The notes under the pieces are model-generated. The model did no database searches. It saw only the letters and a list, made by a program, of their open reading frames with translations, and had not been told where the DNA came from. Shown here piece after piece: positions 29,868 to 39,491 of a stretch of 64,000 nt of DNA. Each line of letters starts with the position of its first letter. Within the stretch, counting starts at the first letter, position 1. The position numbers and the translations under genes were made by a program. Origin of the DNA: Flavobacteriaceae bacterium (GTDB taxonomy: Bacteria; Bacteroidota; Bacteroidia; Flavobacteriales; Flavobacteriaceae); assembly GCA_023257625.1 (NCBI GenBank), contig JALRBW010000004.1:57560-121559 (forward strand), written 5' to 3'.

Positions 29868-30191
29868 ATGGCTGAATCGATAGATACACATACATTAGGA
29901 GAAAAAATTGTTTCAATATTAAAAACCATATTTGATCCTGAAATTCCAGTAGATATTTACGAACTAGGATTAATATATGATGTATTTGTTAACGAAGACA
30001 TGGAAGTCAAAATTCTAATGACACTTACCACCCCCAATTGCCCTGTTGCAGAAACACTGCCTATGGAAGTTGAGGAAAAGGTGAAATCAATTGATGAGGT
30101 GAAAAGTGTAGAAGTAGAAATTACCTTTGATCCTCCATGGACTCAAGATTTGATGAGTGAAGAAGCTAAATTAGAATTGGGAATGTTATAA
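29868..30191 (+). CDS. sufT: SUF system Fe-S assembly protein (DUF59/SufT-like)
   Basis: 107 aa with DPEIPVDIYELGLIY and TLTTPNCPVAE motifs of the DUF59 family. Confidence 0.88.
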   Translation: MAESIDTHTLGEKIVSILKTIFDPEIPVDIYELGLIYDVFVNEDMEVKILMTLTTPNCPVAETLPMEVEEKVKSIDEVKSVEVEITFDPPWTQDLMSEEAKLELGML

Positions 30192-30193
30192 AA

Positions 30194-30712
30194 ATGGAAG
30201 AGCCCATTCATAACAAAGTGGCTAAAAGCCCATTAATTACTATTGACTTAGAGGATCTTAAACCCAAAGGAATTCGAACCTTTTTAGATATTTCTCAGTG
30301 GTTAGAAGCGGGAGTGATTGTGCGAGAAAAACAATTTCGCCAAACTTTAAAGGAAGTCAAATGGAATTCATATTCCGGGCAGTTCATTGCCTTGGGTTGT
30401 TCTACAGATGCCTTAATTCCAGCTTGGGCATCTTTATTAATTACTACCTATTTACAGCCTATTGCAAAGGAAATTGTATTGGGTTCACTTCATGATTTAG
30501 AACGGTATTTATTCCAAAAAGAATTAGCTGTACTACCTCTAGAAAACTTTATAGATAAACCTATTATCATTAAAGGCTGTTCAGACCCTACTATTCCTCA
30601 AGATGCATATATTCAGCTCATTCAAAGGCTTCAACCCGTTGTAAAAAGTCTTTTTTATGGCGAAGCCTGTTCTTCTGTACCTTTGATGAAGGCAAAAAAA
30701 CAAGGTGAATAA
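30194..30712 (+). CDS. DUF2480 family protein
   Basis: 172 aa starting 2 nt after sufT. Three Cys (LGCSTD, IKGCSD, GEACSSVPL). The family assignment is from memory of suf-linked flavobacterial genes. Confidence 0.6.
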   Translation: MEEPIHNKVAKSPLITIDLEDLKPKGIRTFLDISQWLEAGVIVREKQFRQTLKEVKWNSYSGQFIALGCSTDALIPAWASLLITTYLQPIAKEIVLGSLHDLERYLFQKELAVLPLENFIDKPIIIKGCSDPTIPQDAYIQLIQRLQPVVKSLFYGEACSSVPLMKAKKQGE

Positions 30713-31988
30713 TTCAACTCATTCTGTTCTAATAATAAGCTACTACTGGCCCCCAGCAGGAGGTTCTGGAGTACAACGTTGGATGTATTTTGCTAAACAT
30801 TTAAAACAACTTGGGTGGAATCCTCATATTATTACTGTGATTCCTGAAAAAGCTTCCTATGCTGTTTTAGATTATAGTTTAGAAAATGAAGTAGTCAATA
30901 TTCCTGTAAGTCGAACTCAAACCTCTGAACCTTTGCAGTGGTACTCACTATTTACAACGGCTTCCAAACGAAAAGGAATTCCTCAAGGAGAGGTCAATAC
31001 CAATGGACTTCTTAAAAAGTTTGCTGCATTTATTCGTGGGAATTTTTTTATACCCGATGCTCGAAAAGGGTGGAGGCATTTTGCTCTTGACCAAGCAAAA
31101 AAAATCTTTAAAGAAAATTCATTTTCTCATGTTATTACTACCGGGCCTCCCCACTCTGCCCATTGGATTGGAAATCAATTAAAAAAAGAATTTTCTATAC
31201 AGTGGATTGCTGATTTTCGAGACCCTTGGACAACTGTATTTTATAATTCAAATATGTATAGAATGTCGTGGGCAAAAGAAAAAGACTTGGAAGAGGAGGC
31301 CTCAATTCTTCTAAATGCAGATCGTATTTTAACCACAGTGGGTGGTGCCTTTCATGAAGAGTTAAAATCAAAAGCTCCTAAGCAAAACTTTTATGCGATC
31401 CCCAATGGTTATGATTCGGATTTGTTTCGTAATATTCCCAAAACTTCCCTTACCGATTTCCATATTGTATACACCGGTCTACTTACTGAAAATCAAGCCT
31501 ATACAAGTTTAGTAAAAGCCTTAAAAAAGTTTCAGAATTTGTATAGAATACAACTATCACTTGCAGGACAAATAGCACATAAAACAATAGAATACTTCCG
31601 TACTGAACTCCCGAAAATTCGCATTATATACCATGGCTATTTACCGCATCATAAAGCCGTAGCTTTGATGAAGAGTGGCGACTTGTTACTGAATTTTATT
31701 TTTAAGGGAGCGGATAAAACGATGATCTCAGGTAAATTATTGGAGTATATAGCTACGGGAGTTCCCATTTTATCTATTGGAGAACCTGAAAGTGAAGTTG
31801 CCCATTTTTTACAAAAAGGCACGGCAGCTTTAATGGCAAAACCCAATCAAAATAAGATCATTGAAGAATGTATCCATAAGGCTATCCTTCAGAGAGGAAA
31901 ATGGGTCAATCATTTTCCTGAATTGGAAGAATGGAGCAGAAAAGCACTAACAAAAAAACTAATTCAAATTTTAGAATCGTCTTATTAG
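30705..31988 (+). CDS. Glycosyltransferase (GT4-like, GT-B fold)
   Basis: SYYWPPAGGSGVQRW N-terminus and a C-terminal Rossmann half (LLEYIATGVPIL). Overlaps the DUF2480 gene by 8 nt. Confidence 0.65.
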   Translation: MNNSTHSVLIISYYWPPAGGSGVQRWMYFAKHLKQLGWNPHIITVIPEKASYAVLDYSLENEVVNIPVSRTQTSEPLQWYSLFTTASKRKGIPQGEVNTNGLLKKFAAFIRGNFFIPDARKGWRHFALDQAKKIFKENSFSHVITTGPPHSAHWIGNQLKKEFSIQWIADFRDPWTTVFYNSNMYRMSWAKEKDLEEEASILLNADRILTTVGGAFHEELKSKAPKQNFYAIPNGYDSDLFRNIPKTSLTDFHIVYTGLLTENQAYTSLVKALKKFQNLYRIQLSLAGQIAHKTIEYFRTELPKIRIIYHGYLPHHKAVALMKSGDLLLNFIFKGADKTMISGKLLEYIATGVPILSIGEPESEVAHFLQKGTAALMAKPNQNKIIEECIHKAILQRGKWVNHFPELEEWSRKALTKKLIQILESSY

Positions 31989-32177
31989 TCTTTTTTGCCA
32001 ATCAAAGAAGAAAGTAAAAGCCCTTGTCCTAAACCTAAAAATAGGTACCCAACAAAAGCCGATGTGTTACTCCGTAAAAAAAACCAACTCCCATTCCCAG
32101 CATTAATCCTGAACCTATTAAAATAGTATTTCGTTCCATTTACAATATTTGCATTAAAGGTTAAAAAAAGTGAATAA

Positions 32178-32762
32178 TTACGAACTGTATAACTGATGCT
32201 CTTCTAGGTATTGAAAACTTAGGGATGGCATCAAATGGCGAATAGGTTTTTTTTGTAGAATTAACTTTCGAATGGTTTCCGAAGCATAGTCGAGCATAGG
32301 TGCTTGAATTATTTTTATCTTATGATGATCTAAAAATTGATCTGGCAGTGTTTGAGAATGTTTTCTTGGATACACATAAAGTTCAACTTGATTCAAAATC
32401 TTTTCATATTCTTTCCAATAGTGGAATGTAACTAAATTGTCAAATCCCATTAGAAGTACAAATTCTATATCCGGATAAGATTTTTTTAATTGCATAAGAG
32501 TATCGATAGTATAATTGGGTTTCGGAAGTGTAAACTCAACTTCACATACTTCAAGAAAAGGAATTGCTTTTACCGCTAATTGCACCATAGCCAAACGATG
32601 ATGGTCTTCTAATAGAGAATCATTAACCTTGAAAGGATTTTGTGGACTTACAACAAACCATACTGCATCAATATCGGTTTGAGTTGAAAAATATTCCCCC
32701 AAAGCAAGATGTCCGTTGTGTATAGGATTAAACGTGCCAAAATAAAGACCTATTTTTTTCAC
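32178..32762 (-). CDS. nadD: Nicotinate-nucleotide adenylyltransferase
   Basis: GTFNPIHNGH (HxGH) nucleotidyltransferase motif. 194 aa. Confidence 0.92.
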   Translation of the reverse strand: MKKIGLYFGTFNPIHNGHLALGEYFSTQTDIDAVWFVVSPQNPFKVNDSLLEDHHRLAMVQLAVKAIPFLEVCEVEFTLPKPNYTIDTLMQLKKSYPDIEFVLLMGFDNLVTFHYWKEYEKILNQVELYVYPRKHSQTLPDQFLDHHKIKIIQAPMLDYASETIRKLILQKKPIRHLMPSLSFQYLEEHQLYSS

Positions 32763-32782
32763 GTTACAAAGGTAGTCAACCC

Positions 32783-33352
32783 TCAGGAATTAAGGAAGTG
32801 TAAAACTATTTGAACCAGTTCCTTTTTTGCTGTTTCTAAAGTGTCATTAACCAGTACATAATCAAATTGTTTGGCAAAAGAAAGTTCATTTTCAGCTTTA
32901 GCTAAACGTTCTTTTATTTTTTCCTCTGAATCTGTTCCTCTTAGACGTAGTCGACTTTCTAAAATTCCAATAGATGGGGGTTGAACAAATATGGCAAAGG
33001 TTTTTTCAGGAAATTGGCTTTTTATGGAAAGACCTCCTACAACATCTATATCAAACAATATGTGTTTCCCCTCTGACCACAACCGATCAATTTCAGACTT
33101 TAAGGTACCGTAATAAGTGTTCTCATAAACTTCTTCAAATTCTACAAAGGCATTCTGTAGGATTTTAGATTGAAAAGCTTCTGGAGATAGGAAATAATAA
33201 TCAACTCCATTTTTTTCATGTCCACGAGGCGCTCTTGAAGTGGCTGAAATGGAAAATCCTAAGGGGTAATTTTGCTGAAGTAAATGATGTACTAAGGTTG
33301 TTTTCCCACTTCCTGAGGGTGCTGAAAAAACTATAAGTTTACCTTCTGTCAC
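32783..33352 (-). CDS. gmk: Guanylate kinase
   Basis: P-loop APSGSGKTT, TSRAPRGHE and YYF motifs. Confidence 0.93.
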   Translation of the reverse strand: MTEGKLIVFSAPSGSGKTTLVHHLLQQNYPLGFSISATSRAPRGHEKNGVDYYFLSPEAFQSKILQNAFVEFEEVYENTYYGTLKSEIDRLWSEGKHILFDIDVVGGLSIKSQFPEKTFAIFVQPPSIGILESRLRLRGTDSEEKIKERLAKAENELSFAKQFDYVLVNDTLETAKKELVQIVLHFLNS

Positions 33353-33354
33353 CT

Positions 33355-34212
33355 TTATAAAACATTTAAAAGCTGTTCCTTAACTTTTTCAAGTTCATCT
33401 TTCATTTGGACAACACACTTTTGTAATTCTGAGTGATTTGCTTTTGATCCGATGGTATTAATTTCTCTCCCAATTTCTTGTGTAATAAACCCAAGTTTTT
33501 TCCCATTTGGAAATTCGTTTTTTAAAACTTCCTGGAAATAGGTAAGATGGTTTTGAATTCTAACTTGTTCCTCTGTGATGTCTAACTTTTCAAAATAATA
33601 AATAAGCTCTTGTTCAAATCGATTAGAATCTACCTCTAGACTCAAATCAGCCAAAGAATTTGCTATTTTGGCTTTGACTTTTTCTTTTCTTTCTGGATCT
33701 AAAATATTTATTTTCAAAAGGAGTTGCTCAAGCAAATCTATTCGGTGTAAAAAATCTTGTTCCAATACCTCGCCTTCGTCTTTTCTAAAACCAATTAATG
33801 CTTCAAGGGTTTGGTCTAATGTCTCTAAAACCACTTTCTTTTCAGCTTCATTGAGTTCTTCCCGGGGTGTATTTAATGTGTCTGGAAGGCGAAGTGCCAT
33901 AGCCATTCGTTCGCCTTCTGTTGCATCTCCTATGCCTTTAAGTTGTTTCATATAAGAAGAAACAACACCTCTATTTATTAATGTTGGTGCATTTTCTCCA
34001 TTGTATTCTATATAAATATTTACATCTATTTTACCTCGTAAGAGTCTAAGTGTAACTTTTTTGCGTAATTCAGATTCTAATTCTCTTAAATGTGAAGGAA
34101 TTCGCAAATTGATATCCGCTGTTTTACTATTAAGTGAGCGTATTTCTATGCGAATGTTTTTATCTTCCCATTGGACTTCGGATTTTCCGTAGCCTGTCAT
34201 GGACAGGATCAT
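33355..34212 (-). CDS. yicC: YicC family stress-induced protein
   Basis: MTGYG N-terminus and the C-terminal QEIGREINTIGSKAN motif. Confidence 0.9.
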   Translation of the reverse strand: MILSMTGYGKSEVQWEDKNIRIEIRSLNSKTADINLRIPSHLRELESELRKKVTLRLLRGKIDVNIYIEYNGENAPTLINRGVVSSYMKQLKGIGDATEGERMAMALRLPDTLNTPREELNEAEKKVVLETLDQTLEALIGFRKDEGEVLEQDFLHRIDLLEQLLLKINILDPERKEKVKAKIANSLADLSLEVDSNRFEQELIYYFEKLDITEEQVRIQNHLTYFQEVLKNEFPNGKKLGFITQEIGREINTIGSKANHSELQKCVVQMKDELEKVKEQLLNVL

Positions 34213-34222
34213 AGGCGATTAT

Positions 34223-34945
34223 TTAAAGTTCTCTGATTTTTATGTTACGGAACGCAATTACATCTCCATGATCTTGCAATCCGATTTTACCGGTTCTAAA
34301 TTTTCCAAAATCTTTAAAAACCCTAGGATTATTAAACTTTGATCCGGCAACAAGGGCATCCCACTCTTCACCATATAATGGAAATTCAACAATTTTGGTC
34401 CCATTAAGTTCAATACTTCCTTTATTTACATCATAGTTAACAGTAATCAAAAAGTGATTCCAACTTCCTGCAGGTAGGCAGACTTCTTCAGAAGGTTGAA
34501 CTAAATCATAGAGAGCTCCAGCTTGGTGAAAATTAGGATTTACTTTTGAATCAGGGTGCCTTTCGTTGTCAAGAACTTGAATTTCGGGTCCTGTTGCATA
34601 GGGTCTTCCATATTCGGGAAGCTCTTGTACACCCCAAAATATTCCACTATTACCACCTTCGGCTATATTCCATTCTAATGACAATTGAAAATTAGAAAAA
34701 ACTTTATCTGTCACAATATCATGCCCATGATCTCCTTTATTAATTAAAGTGGGGTCTAAGATTAATTCACCTTCTCTAACTACCCATGCCATAGGTGAAT
34801 CCGTCTTATTGTATCGATGCCAGCCTGTTAATGTTTCTCCATCAAACAGGGAAACCCAATTATCCTGTTCTTGATCAAAAGTTTTAAAAGGTGAACTATT
34901 TGTAAATAGAAGAAACGAAAACACAATTAAAATTGAATTTTTCAT
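34223..34945 (-). CDS. Secreted DUF1080 (3-keto-disaccharide hydrolase domain) protein
   Basis: Signal peptide. LFDGETLTGWH, NSGIFW, EIQVLD, GALYD and IGLQDHGDVIAFRNIKI motifs of PF06439. Confidence 0.85.
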   Translation of the reverse strand: MKNSILIVFSFLLFTNSSPFKTFDQEQDNWVSLFDGETLTGWHRYNKTDSPMAWVVREGELILDPTLINKGDHGHDIVTDKVFSNFQLSLEWNIAEGGNSGIFWGVQELPEYGRPYATGPEIQVLDNERHPDSKVNPNFHQAGALYDLVQPSEEVCLPAGSWNHFLITVNYDVNKGSIELNGTKIVEFPLYGEEWDALVAGSKFNNPRVFKDFGKFRTGKIGLQDHGDVIAFRNIKIREL

Positions 34946-34953
34946 AGTAAGGA

Positions 34954-36006
34954 CTAAAGATTAAGTATTTTTTTAAGGAATTCTTTGTCAATATCACCTC
35001 CTGCAAAATCATCAAATGTTTTTTGTGTAGCTTCTATAATATGATTTTGAATAAAGGGTGCACCTTCTCGTGCGCCTTGTTCTGGACTTTTTATACAACA
35101 TTCCCATTCCATGACCGCCCACACATCACATCCATATTCGGTAAGTTTTGTGAAAATGGTTTTAAAATCTATTTGACCATCTCCTGGAGAACGATAGCGA
35201 CCTGCTCGATCAATCCAATCTCCATAACCTCCAAAAGCTCCTTTTTTACCTGTCGGTTTAAATTCTGAATCTTTTACATGGAAGGATTTTATAAATCCAT
35301 GATAATGATCAATGTATTCTAGATAATCTAATTGTTGAAGAACAAAGTGACTTGGATCATATAAAATATTAACCCTTTTATGATTATTTGTTGCTTCTAA
35401 AAAACGTTCAAAAGTAACCCCATCATGAAGGTCTTCTCCAGGGTGTATTTCGTAACAAACATCAACTCCGTTGTGATCAAAAACATCAAGTATAGGCTTC
35501 CATCTTTTAGCGAGTTCTTTAAATCCAAGTTCAACAAGACCTTGAGGGCGTTGTGGCCATGGATGCCATGTATGCCATAATAAGGCCCCTGAAAAAGTTG
35601 CGTGTGTGGTTAAACCTAATCGATTACTCGCTTTGGCTGCTTTTTTCATTACCTCTACAGCCCACTCTGTTCGTGCTTTTGGGTTATTTTTTAAAGCAGG
35701 TGGAGCAAAATTATCAAACATTAGGTCATATGCAGGATGTACAGCCACCAGTTGCCCTTGAAGGTGCGTTGATAATTCAGTAATTTCTAGTCCAAAGGAA
35801 TTTATTTTACCTTTTAATTCATCGCAATAGGTTTGACTTTCAGCTGCTTTATCTAGATCAATAAGAAAGGTTTCCCAAGTGGGTATTTGAATTCCTTTAT
35901 ATCCTAAATCTGCGGCCCATTTACACATACCCTCAAGAGAATTAAAAGGCGCTTTTTTATCTACAAATTGAGCAAGAAAAATTCCTGGCCCTTTTACTGT
36001 TTTCAT
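34954..36006 (-). CDS. Sugar phosphate isomerase/epimerase family (xylose-isomerase-like TIM barrel), cytoplasmic
   Basis: No signal peptide. Start placed at ATG 36006-36004, which forms an ATGA overlap with the upstream stop (the track start at 36027 would overlap by 25 nt). Confidence 0.8.
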   Translation of the reverse strand: MKTVKGPGIFLAQFVDKKAPFNSLEGMCKWAADLGYKGIQIPTWETFLIDLDKAAESQTYCDELKGKINSFGLEITELSTHLQGQLVAVHPAYDLMFDNFAPPALKNNPKARTEWAVEVMKKAAKASNRLGLTTHATFSGALLWHTWHPWPQRPQGLVELGFKELAKRWKPILDVFDHNGVDVCYEIHPGEDLHDGVTFERFLEATNNHKRVNILYDPSHFVLQQLDYLEYIDHYHGFIKSFHVKDSEFKPTGKKGAFGGYGDWIDRAGRYRSPGDGQIDFKTIFTKLTEYGCDVWAVMEWECCIKSPEQGAREGAPFIQNHIIEATQKTFDDFAGGDIDKEFLKKILNL

Positions 36007-37142
36007 TGATTTATCATGGGTAGCCATACGTTTCCTTTTTTATGTGATTCAACAACTTTTTCAATAAAGAGCATGCCCCTAACCCCGTCATTCATAGTGG
36101 GATATTCACCATTAAACGAAGTTTCTCCACGAAGGGCTTTAGCTACCCCTTTATAAATATTCCCCATAGCATCAAAAATCCCTTCAGGATGCCCTCCAGG
36201 TAATTTAGTCCCATCAGCAGCAACTTTTGAAACATAGGCATTCCCGGGTTTAATTACTCGTCTAGGCTCATCATCTTTCAAGAAGTAAAGAAAATTAGGG
36301 TTTTCTTGTTCCCAGCGAAATCCTCCATTACGTCCATAAATTGCAACTGCTAGGTTGTTTTCTTCACCTGTTGCAATTTGACTGGCTCTTATGACCCCTT
36401 TTGCTTTATTTCCAAATCGAATTAGTACGGTTCCATCTATATCAAGTGGATTATCATCATAAAGTGTATTTAAATCTGAAAGCAATGAAGACACTTCCAT
36501 TCCAGTTAAGTACTCTGCCATTTGAAAAGCGTGTGTTCCAATGTCTCCAATACATGAACTAATTCCTGCCTTGGTAGGGTCTAGTCGCCATACTTTCTTG
36601 CGCACTTCTTTATCATGAACTACCGGATTAATCCATCCTTGATAATATTGAATGTCAACTTTATGAATTTCACCCAAAGCACCCTCTGCAATGAGATGCT
36701 TCATATGTCGAACCATTGGATATCCTGTATAGGTATAGGTTACAGCAAATATGGCATTATTTTTCTTTTGTAAGGCTTCCAATTCTTTGGCTTCTGAAAA
36801 TGAAGTTGTAAGTGGCTTTTCACAAATCACATTAAAACCATTTTCTAGTAATTTTTTAGCCATAGGATAGTGAAGGAAATTAGGTGTTAAAACAGAAACT
36901 ACCTCAATTCGTTCATTAGCAGGTTTTTTAAGTTCTTCCTCAACTAAGGTGTCAAAATCAACATAAATTCGGTCTGTATTTACGCCTATTTGTTTCGCAA
37001 ATTTGATGTTTTCATCATAGTTAGGATTAAAAACACCTCCTACAATTTCATAACGGTCGTACATATTAGAGGCAACTCGGTGTAATACTCCAATGAGCGA
37101 GTCTCCACCGCCACCCAATACACCTAATCTGATTTTACTCAT
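36003..37142 (-). CDS. Gfo/Idh/MocA family NAD(P)-dependent oxidoreductase, cytoplasmic
   Basis: N-terminal Rossmann segment IRLGVLGGGGDSLIG and the EKPL motif (VICEKPLTTS). Confidence 0.88.
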   Translation of the reverse strand: MSKIRLGVLGGGGDSLIGVLHRVASNMYDRYEIVGGVFNPNYDENIKFAKQIGVNTDRIYVDFDTLVEEELKKPANERIEVVSVLTPNFLHYPMAKKLLENGFNVICEKPLTTSFSEAKELEALQKKNNAIFAVTYTYTGYPMVRHMKHLIAEGALGEIHKVDIQYYQGWINPVVHDKEVRKKVWRLDPTKAGISSCIGDIGTHAFQMAEYLTGMEVSSLLSDLNTLYDDNPLDIDGTVLIRFGNKAKGVIRASQIATGEENNLAVAIYGRNGGFRWEQENPNFLYFLKDDEPRRVIKPGNAYVSKVAADGTKLPGGHPEGIFDAMGNIYKGVAKALRGETSFNGEYPTMNDGVRGMLFIEKVVESHKKGNVWLPMINQ

Positions 37143-38350
37143 AATGGTTTAATTTTAATGGTTTCGTTTTTAAAAAGAATTAAAAATAAGATTAATACTA
37201 CAAAAGAAAAAATTGCTGGTTGAATCCAAATTACTTGCCAAAAATGTCCATTTTCAAGCACAAATTGATCAGTTAACCAACCTGCAAACCTAAAGCCTAT
37301 AAGCATTCCTAGCCCATAAGTAGCTAATGTAATTAACCCTTGAGCTGAACTTTTATATTTTTCACCAGCTTTAAAATCGGTATAAATTTGCCCGGAAACA
37401 AAGAAAAAATCATAACATATACCGTGAAGTATAATCCCAAAAATCAACATCCAAGTAAGTTCTCCTGTATTTCCAAAAGCAAATAAAGTGTAGCGTATAG
37501 TCCATGCTAATATCCCCACTATAAGAGCCTTCTTAACACCATATCTTTTTAGAAATAAGGGCAATAGTAAAAGAAAAAGTACTTCTGAAATTTGGCCCAT
37601 AATCATTTTTGACGCCGCAGCTTGCATACCAATTTCATTTAGAAATTGATTAGCGTGTTGATAGTAAAAAGCTAGTGGAATGCAAATTAAAATAGAAGCA
37701 AGAAAAAAATACAAATAGCTTCGGTCTTTTAAGAGTTCTAGAGCATCTAAGCCTAAAATTTCTTTAAAAGAACTTTTTTTACTACCAGCAGCTTTTGGAG
37801 GTGTATTCGGAAGGGTAAAACTATAAAACCCCAAAAAAAGCGAGGCACCAGAGGCCATGTAAAAGGTATACTTAAGAACTTTCTCCCCTTCCCATGAAAG
37901 ATATCCAATTATTAATCCCGCAACAATCCATCCAATACTTCCAAGTACCCGAATAGGGGCAAATTCTTTGGTAGGGTTTTTCATTTGATTAAAGGCAACA
38001 GAATTTGCCAATGCCAAAGTGGGCATGTAAAGTAACATATACAAAAAAACAAATGGATAAAAATTAGAGAATGCCGAAGCCGAAGCTGCATAATACAATA
38101 AAGCAGACCCTATTATATGCAATGCCCCTAAGATTTTTTGTGCAGAAAAATAACGATCTGCTATTAACCCTATTATAAAAGGGGCTATAATGGCTCCTAT
38201 AGATTGTGTTTCGTAGGCCATAGCAAGTTCTTTACCGCTTGCATTAAATTGTTGTGATAAAAAAGTGCCCATGGTTACAAACCACCCCCCCCATATAAAG
38301 AATTCAAAGAAAAAGAGTAGTGAAAGTCGAAATTGAATTATCCCTTTCAT
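37139..38350 (-). CDS. NupG/XapB-type MFS permease (nucleoside:H+ symporter family)
   Basis: 403 aa with about 12 TM helices. The N-terminus FRLSLLFFFEFFIWGGWFVTMGTFL resembles the NupG family start. ATGA overlaps on both sides. Confidence 0.75.
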   Translation of the reverse strand: MKGIIQFRLSLLFFFEFFIWGGWFVTMGTFLSQQFNASGKELAMAYETQSIGAIIAPFIIGLIADRYFSAQKILGALHIIGSALLYYAASASAFSNFYPFVFLYMLLYMPTLALANSVAFNQMKNPTKEFAPIRVLGSIGWIVAGLIIGYLSWEGEKVLKYTFYMASGASLFLGFYSFTLPNTPPKAAGSKKSSFKEILGLDALELLKDRSYLYFFLASILICIPLAFYYQHANQFLNEIGMQAAASKMIMGQISEVLFLLLLPLFLKRYGVKKALIVGILAWTIRYTLFAFGNTGELTWMLIFGIILHGICYDFFFVSGQIYTDFKAGEKYKSSAQGLITLATYGLGMLIGFRFAGWLTDQFVLENGHFWQVIWIQPAIFSFVVLILFLILFKNETIKIKPL

Positions 38351-39312
38351 ACACTAATTAAAGCCCCTACTTTCTCTAAAAGTTTTTTGGTTGCTACAAT
38401 GCCATCGGTTTCTGATAAACGATTACCTTCGTATTCTACCCCTACAAAACCAGTATATCCCGCTTCCTTTACAAGGCTTAATAAACGAGTATAGTCTAAC
38501 GTTGTTTCTTGTCCCTCTGAGTTAAAATCATTTGTTTTTGCGCTTACTCCAAAAGCTTTAGGCATCATTTCTGACACCCCTTGATAGGGATCATAAACCT
38601 CTGAACAACTTCCGTCAAAAATAGAACCATAGCCTTCATCTGCAATACAGAAATTCCCAAAATCGGGCAGTGTACCACAATTTGATTTTGCAGTACCATT
38701 GATTGCGCGCATCAAAAAGGGAATATTTGAACTCAACCGACCATGATTTTCAACAATTACATTAATTTTTTGAGGTGCGGCATGATCAGATAATTCTGAT
38801 AAACTTATGATGGAATTTTCAATCCATTTTTCAGGGTCCTTTTCACCGAAAAGATTTAATCGAACTGCACTACATCCCATAGCACTAGCCGCATCAATCC
38901 ATCTCTTATGATTGTCAATTGCTTGAAGACGTAGGGTCTCATCGGAACTAGAAAGATCTCCCTCAGAGTCAATCATTACAAGAACATTTTGAAGGCCATA
39001 TTGTGCAGCCAGCATATTATTTTTTTCAACAAAAGCGGAAATCGCAGCCGACTTATCGGTGCTTTTCATCACATCAGAATATAATTGATTAACATATTCG
39101 AGCCCTTCAAACCCTAGTTCACTAGCCATTCGAGCAAATTCATATGGGGATGTTCCCCCGCGAAAAGCTTTGTGATAGGACCACTGGGCTAGAGAAATTT
39201 TAAAAAATAAGGGGTTTGATTTCACTTCGTTTTGACAAGCGATAAAGGTAGGGAAAGTAATTGCCCCAATACCAGAAGCGCCCATAATTGAAATAAAGTC
39301 TTTACGTTTCAT
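38347..39312 (-). CDS. Exported xylose-isomerase-like TIM-barrel protein (Tat-like/lipoprotein signal)
   Basis: Start moved to MKRKDFISIMGASGIGAITFPTFIAC, which has a Tat-like RK motif plus a Cys. The body matches the sugar phosphate isomerase/epimerase fold pattern (VENHG). Confidence 0.75.
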   Translation of the reverse strand: MKRKDFISIMGASGIGAITFPTFIACQNEVKSNPLFFKISLAQWSYHKAFRGGTSPYEFARMASELGFEGLEYVNQLYSDVMKSTDKSAAISAFVEKNNMLAAQYGLQNVLVMIDSEGDLSSSDETLRLQAIDNHKRWIDAASAMGCSAVRLNLFGEKDPEKWIENSIISLSELSDHAAPQKINVIVENHGRLSSNIPFLMRAINGTAKSNCGTLPDFGNFCIADEGYGSIFDGSCSEVYDPYQGVSEMMPKAFGVSAKTNDFNSEGQETTLDYTRLLSLVKEAGYTGFVGVEYEGNRLSETDGIVATKKLLEKVGALISV

Positions 39313-39491
39313 AAAACAGTTTTTGGTTTCCTTTCTATAACTACCGTTGGATTTAAAACCATTATCATAAAAAATACAATTTCTAATCTTTAGTTTTTTC
39401 AACGGTTTCTAAAATTAGCGAAATTATTAAGATGACAAGAGAAATTAAGTATATTTAGGGTCTTGAATTAAAACAAAATACGACTTTATCA

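Noticed and set aside
39313-39402. 30-codon N-terminal extension of the exported TIM-barrel ORF
   Set aside because: The internal start MKRKDFISIMGASG gives a typical Tat-like or lipoprotein signal at the very N-terminus. The extension (MKKLKIRNCIFYDNGFKSNG...) would bury it.
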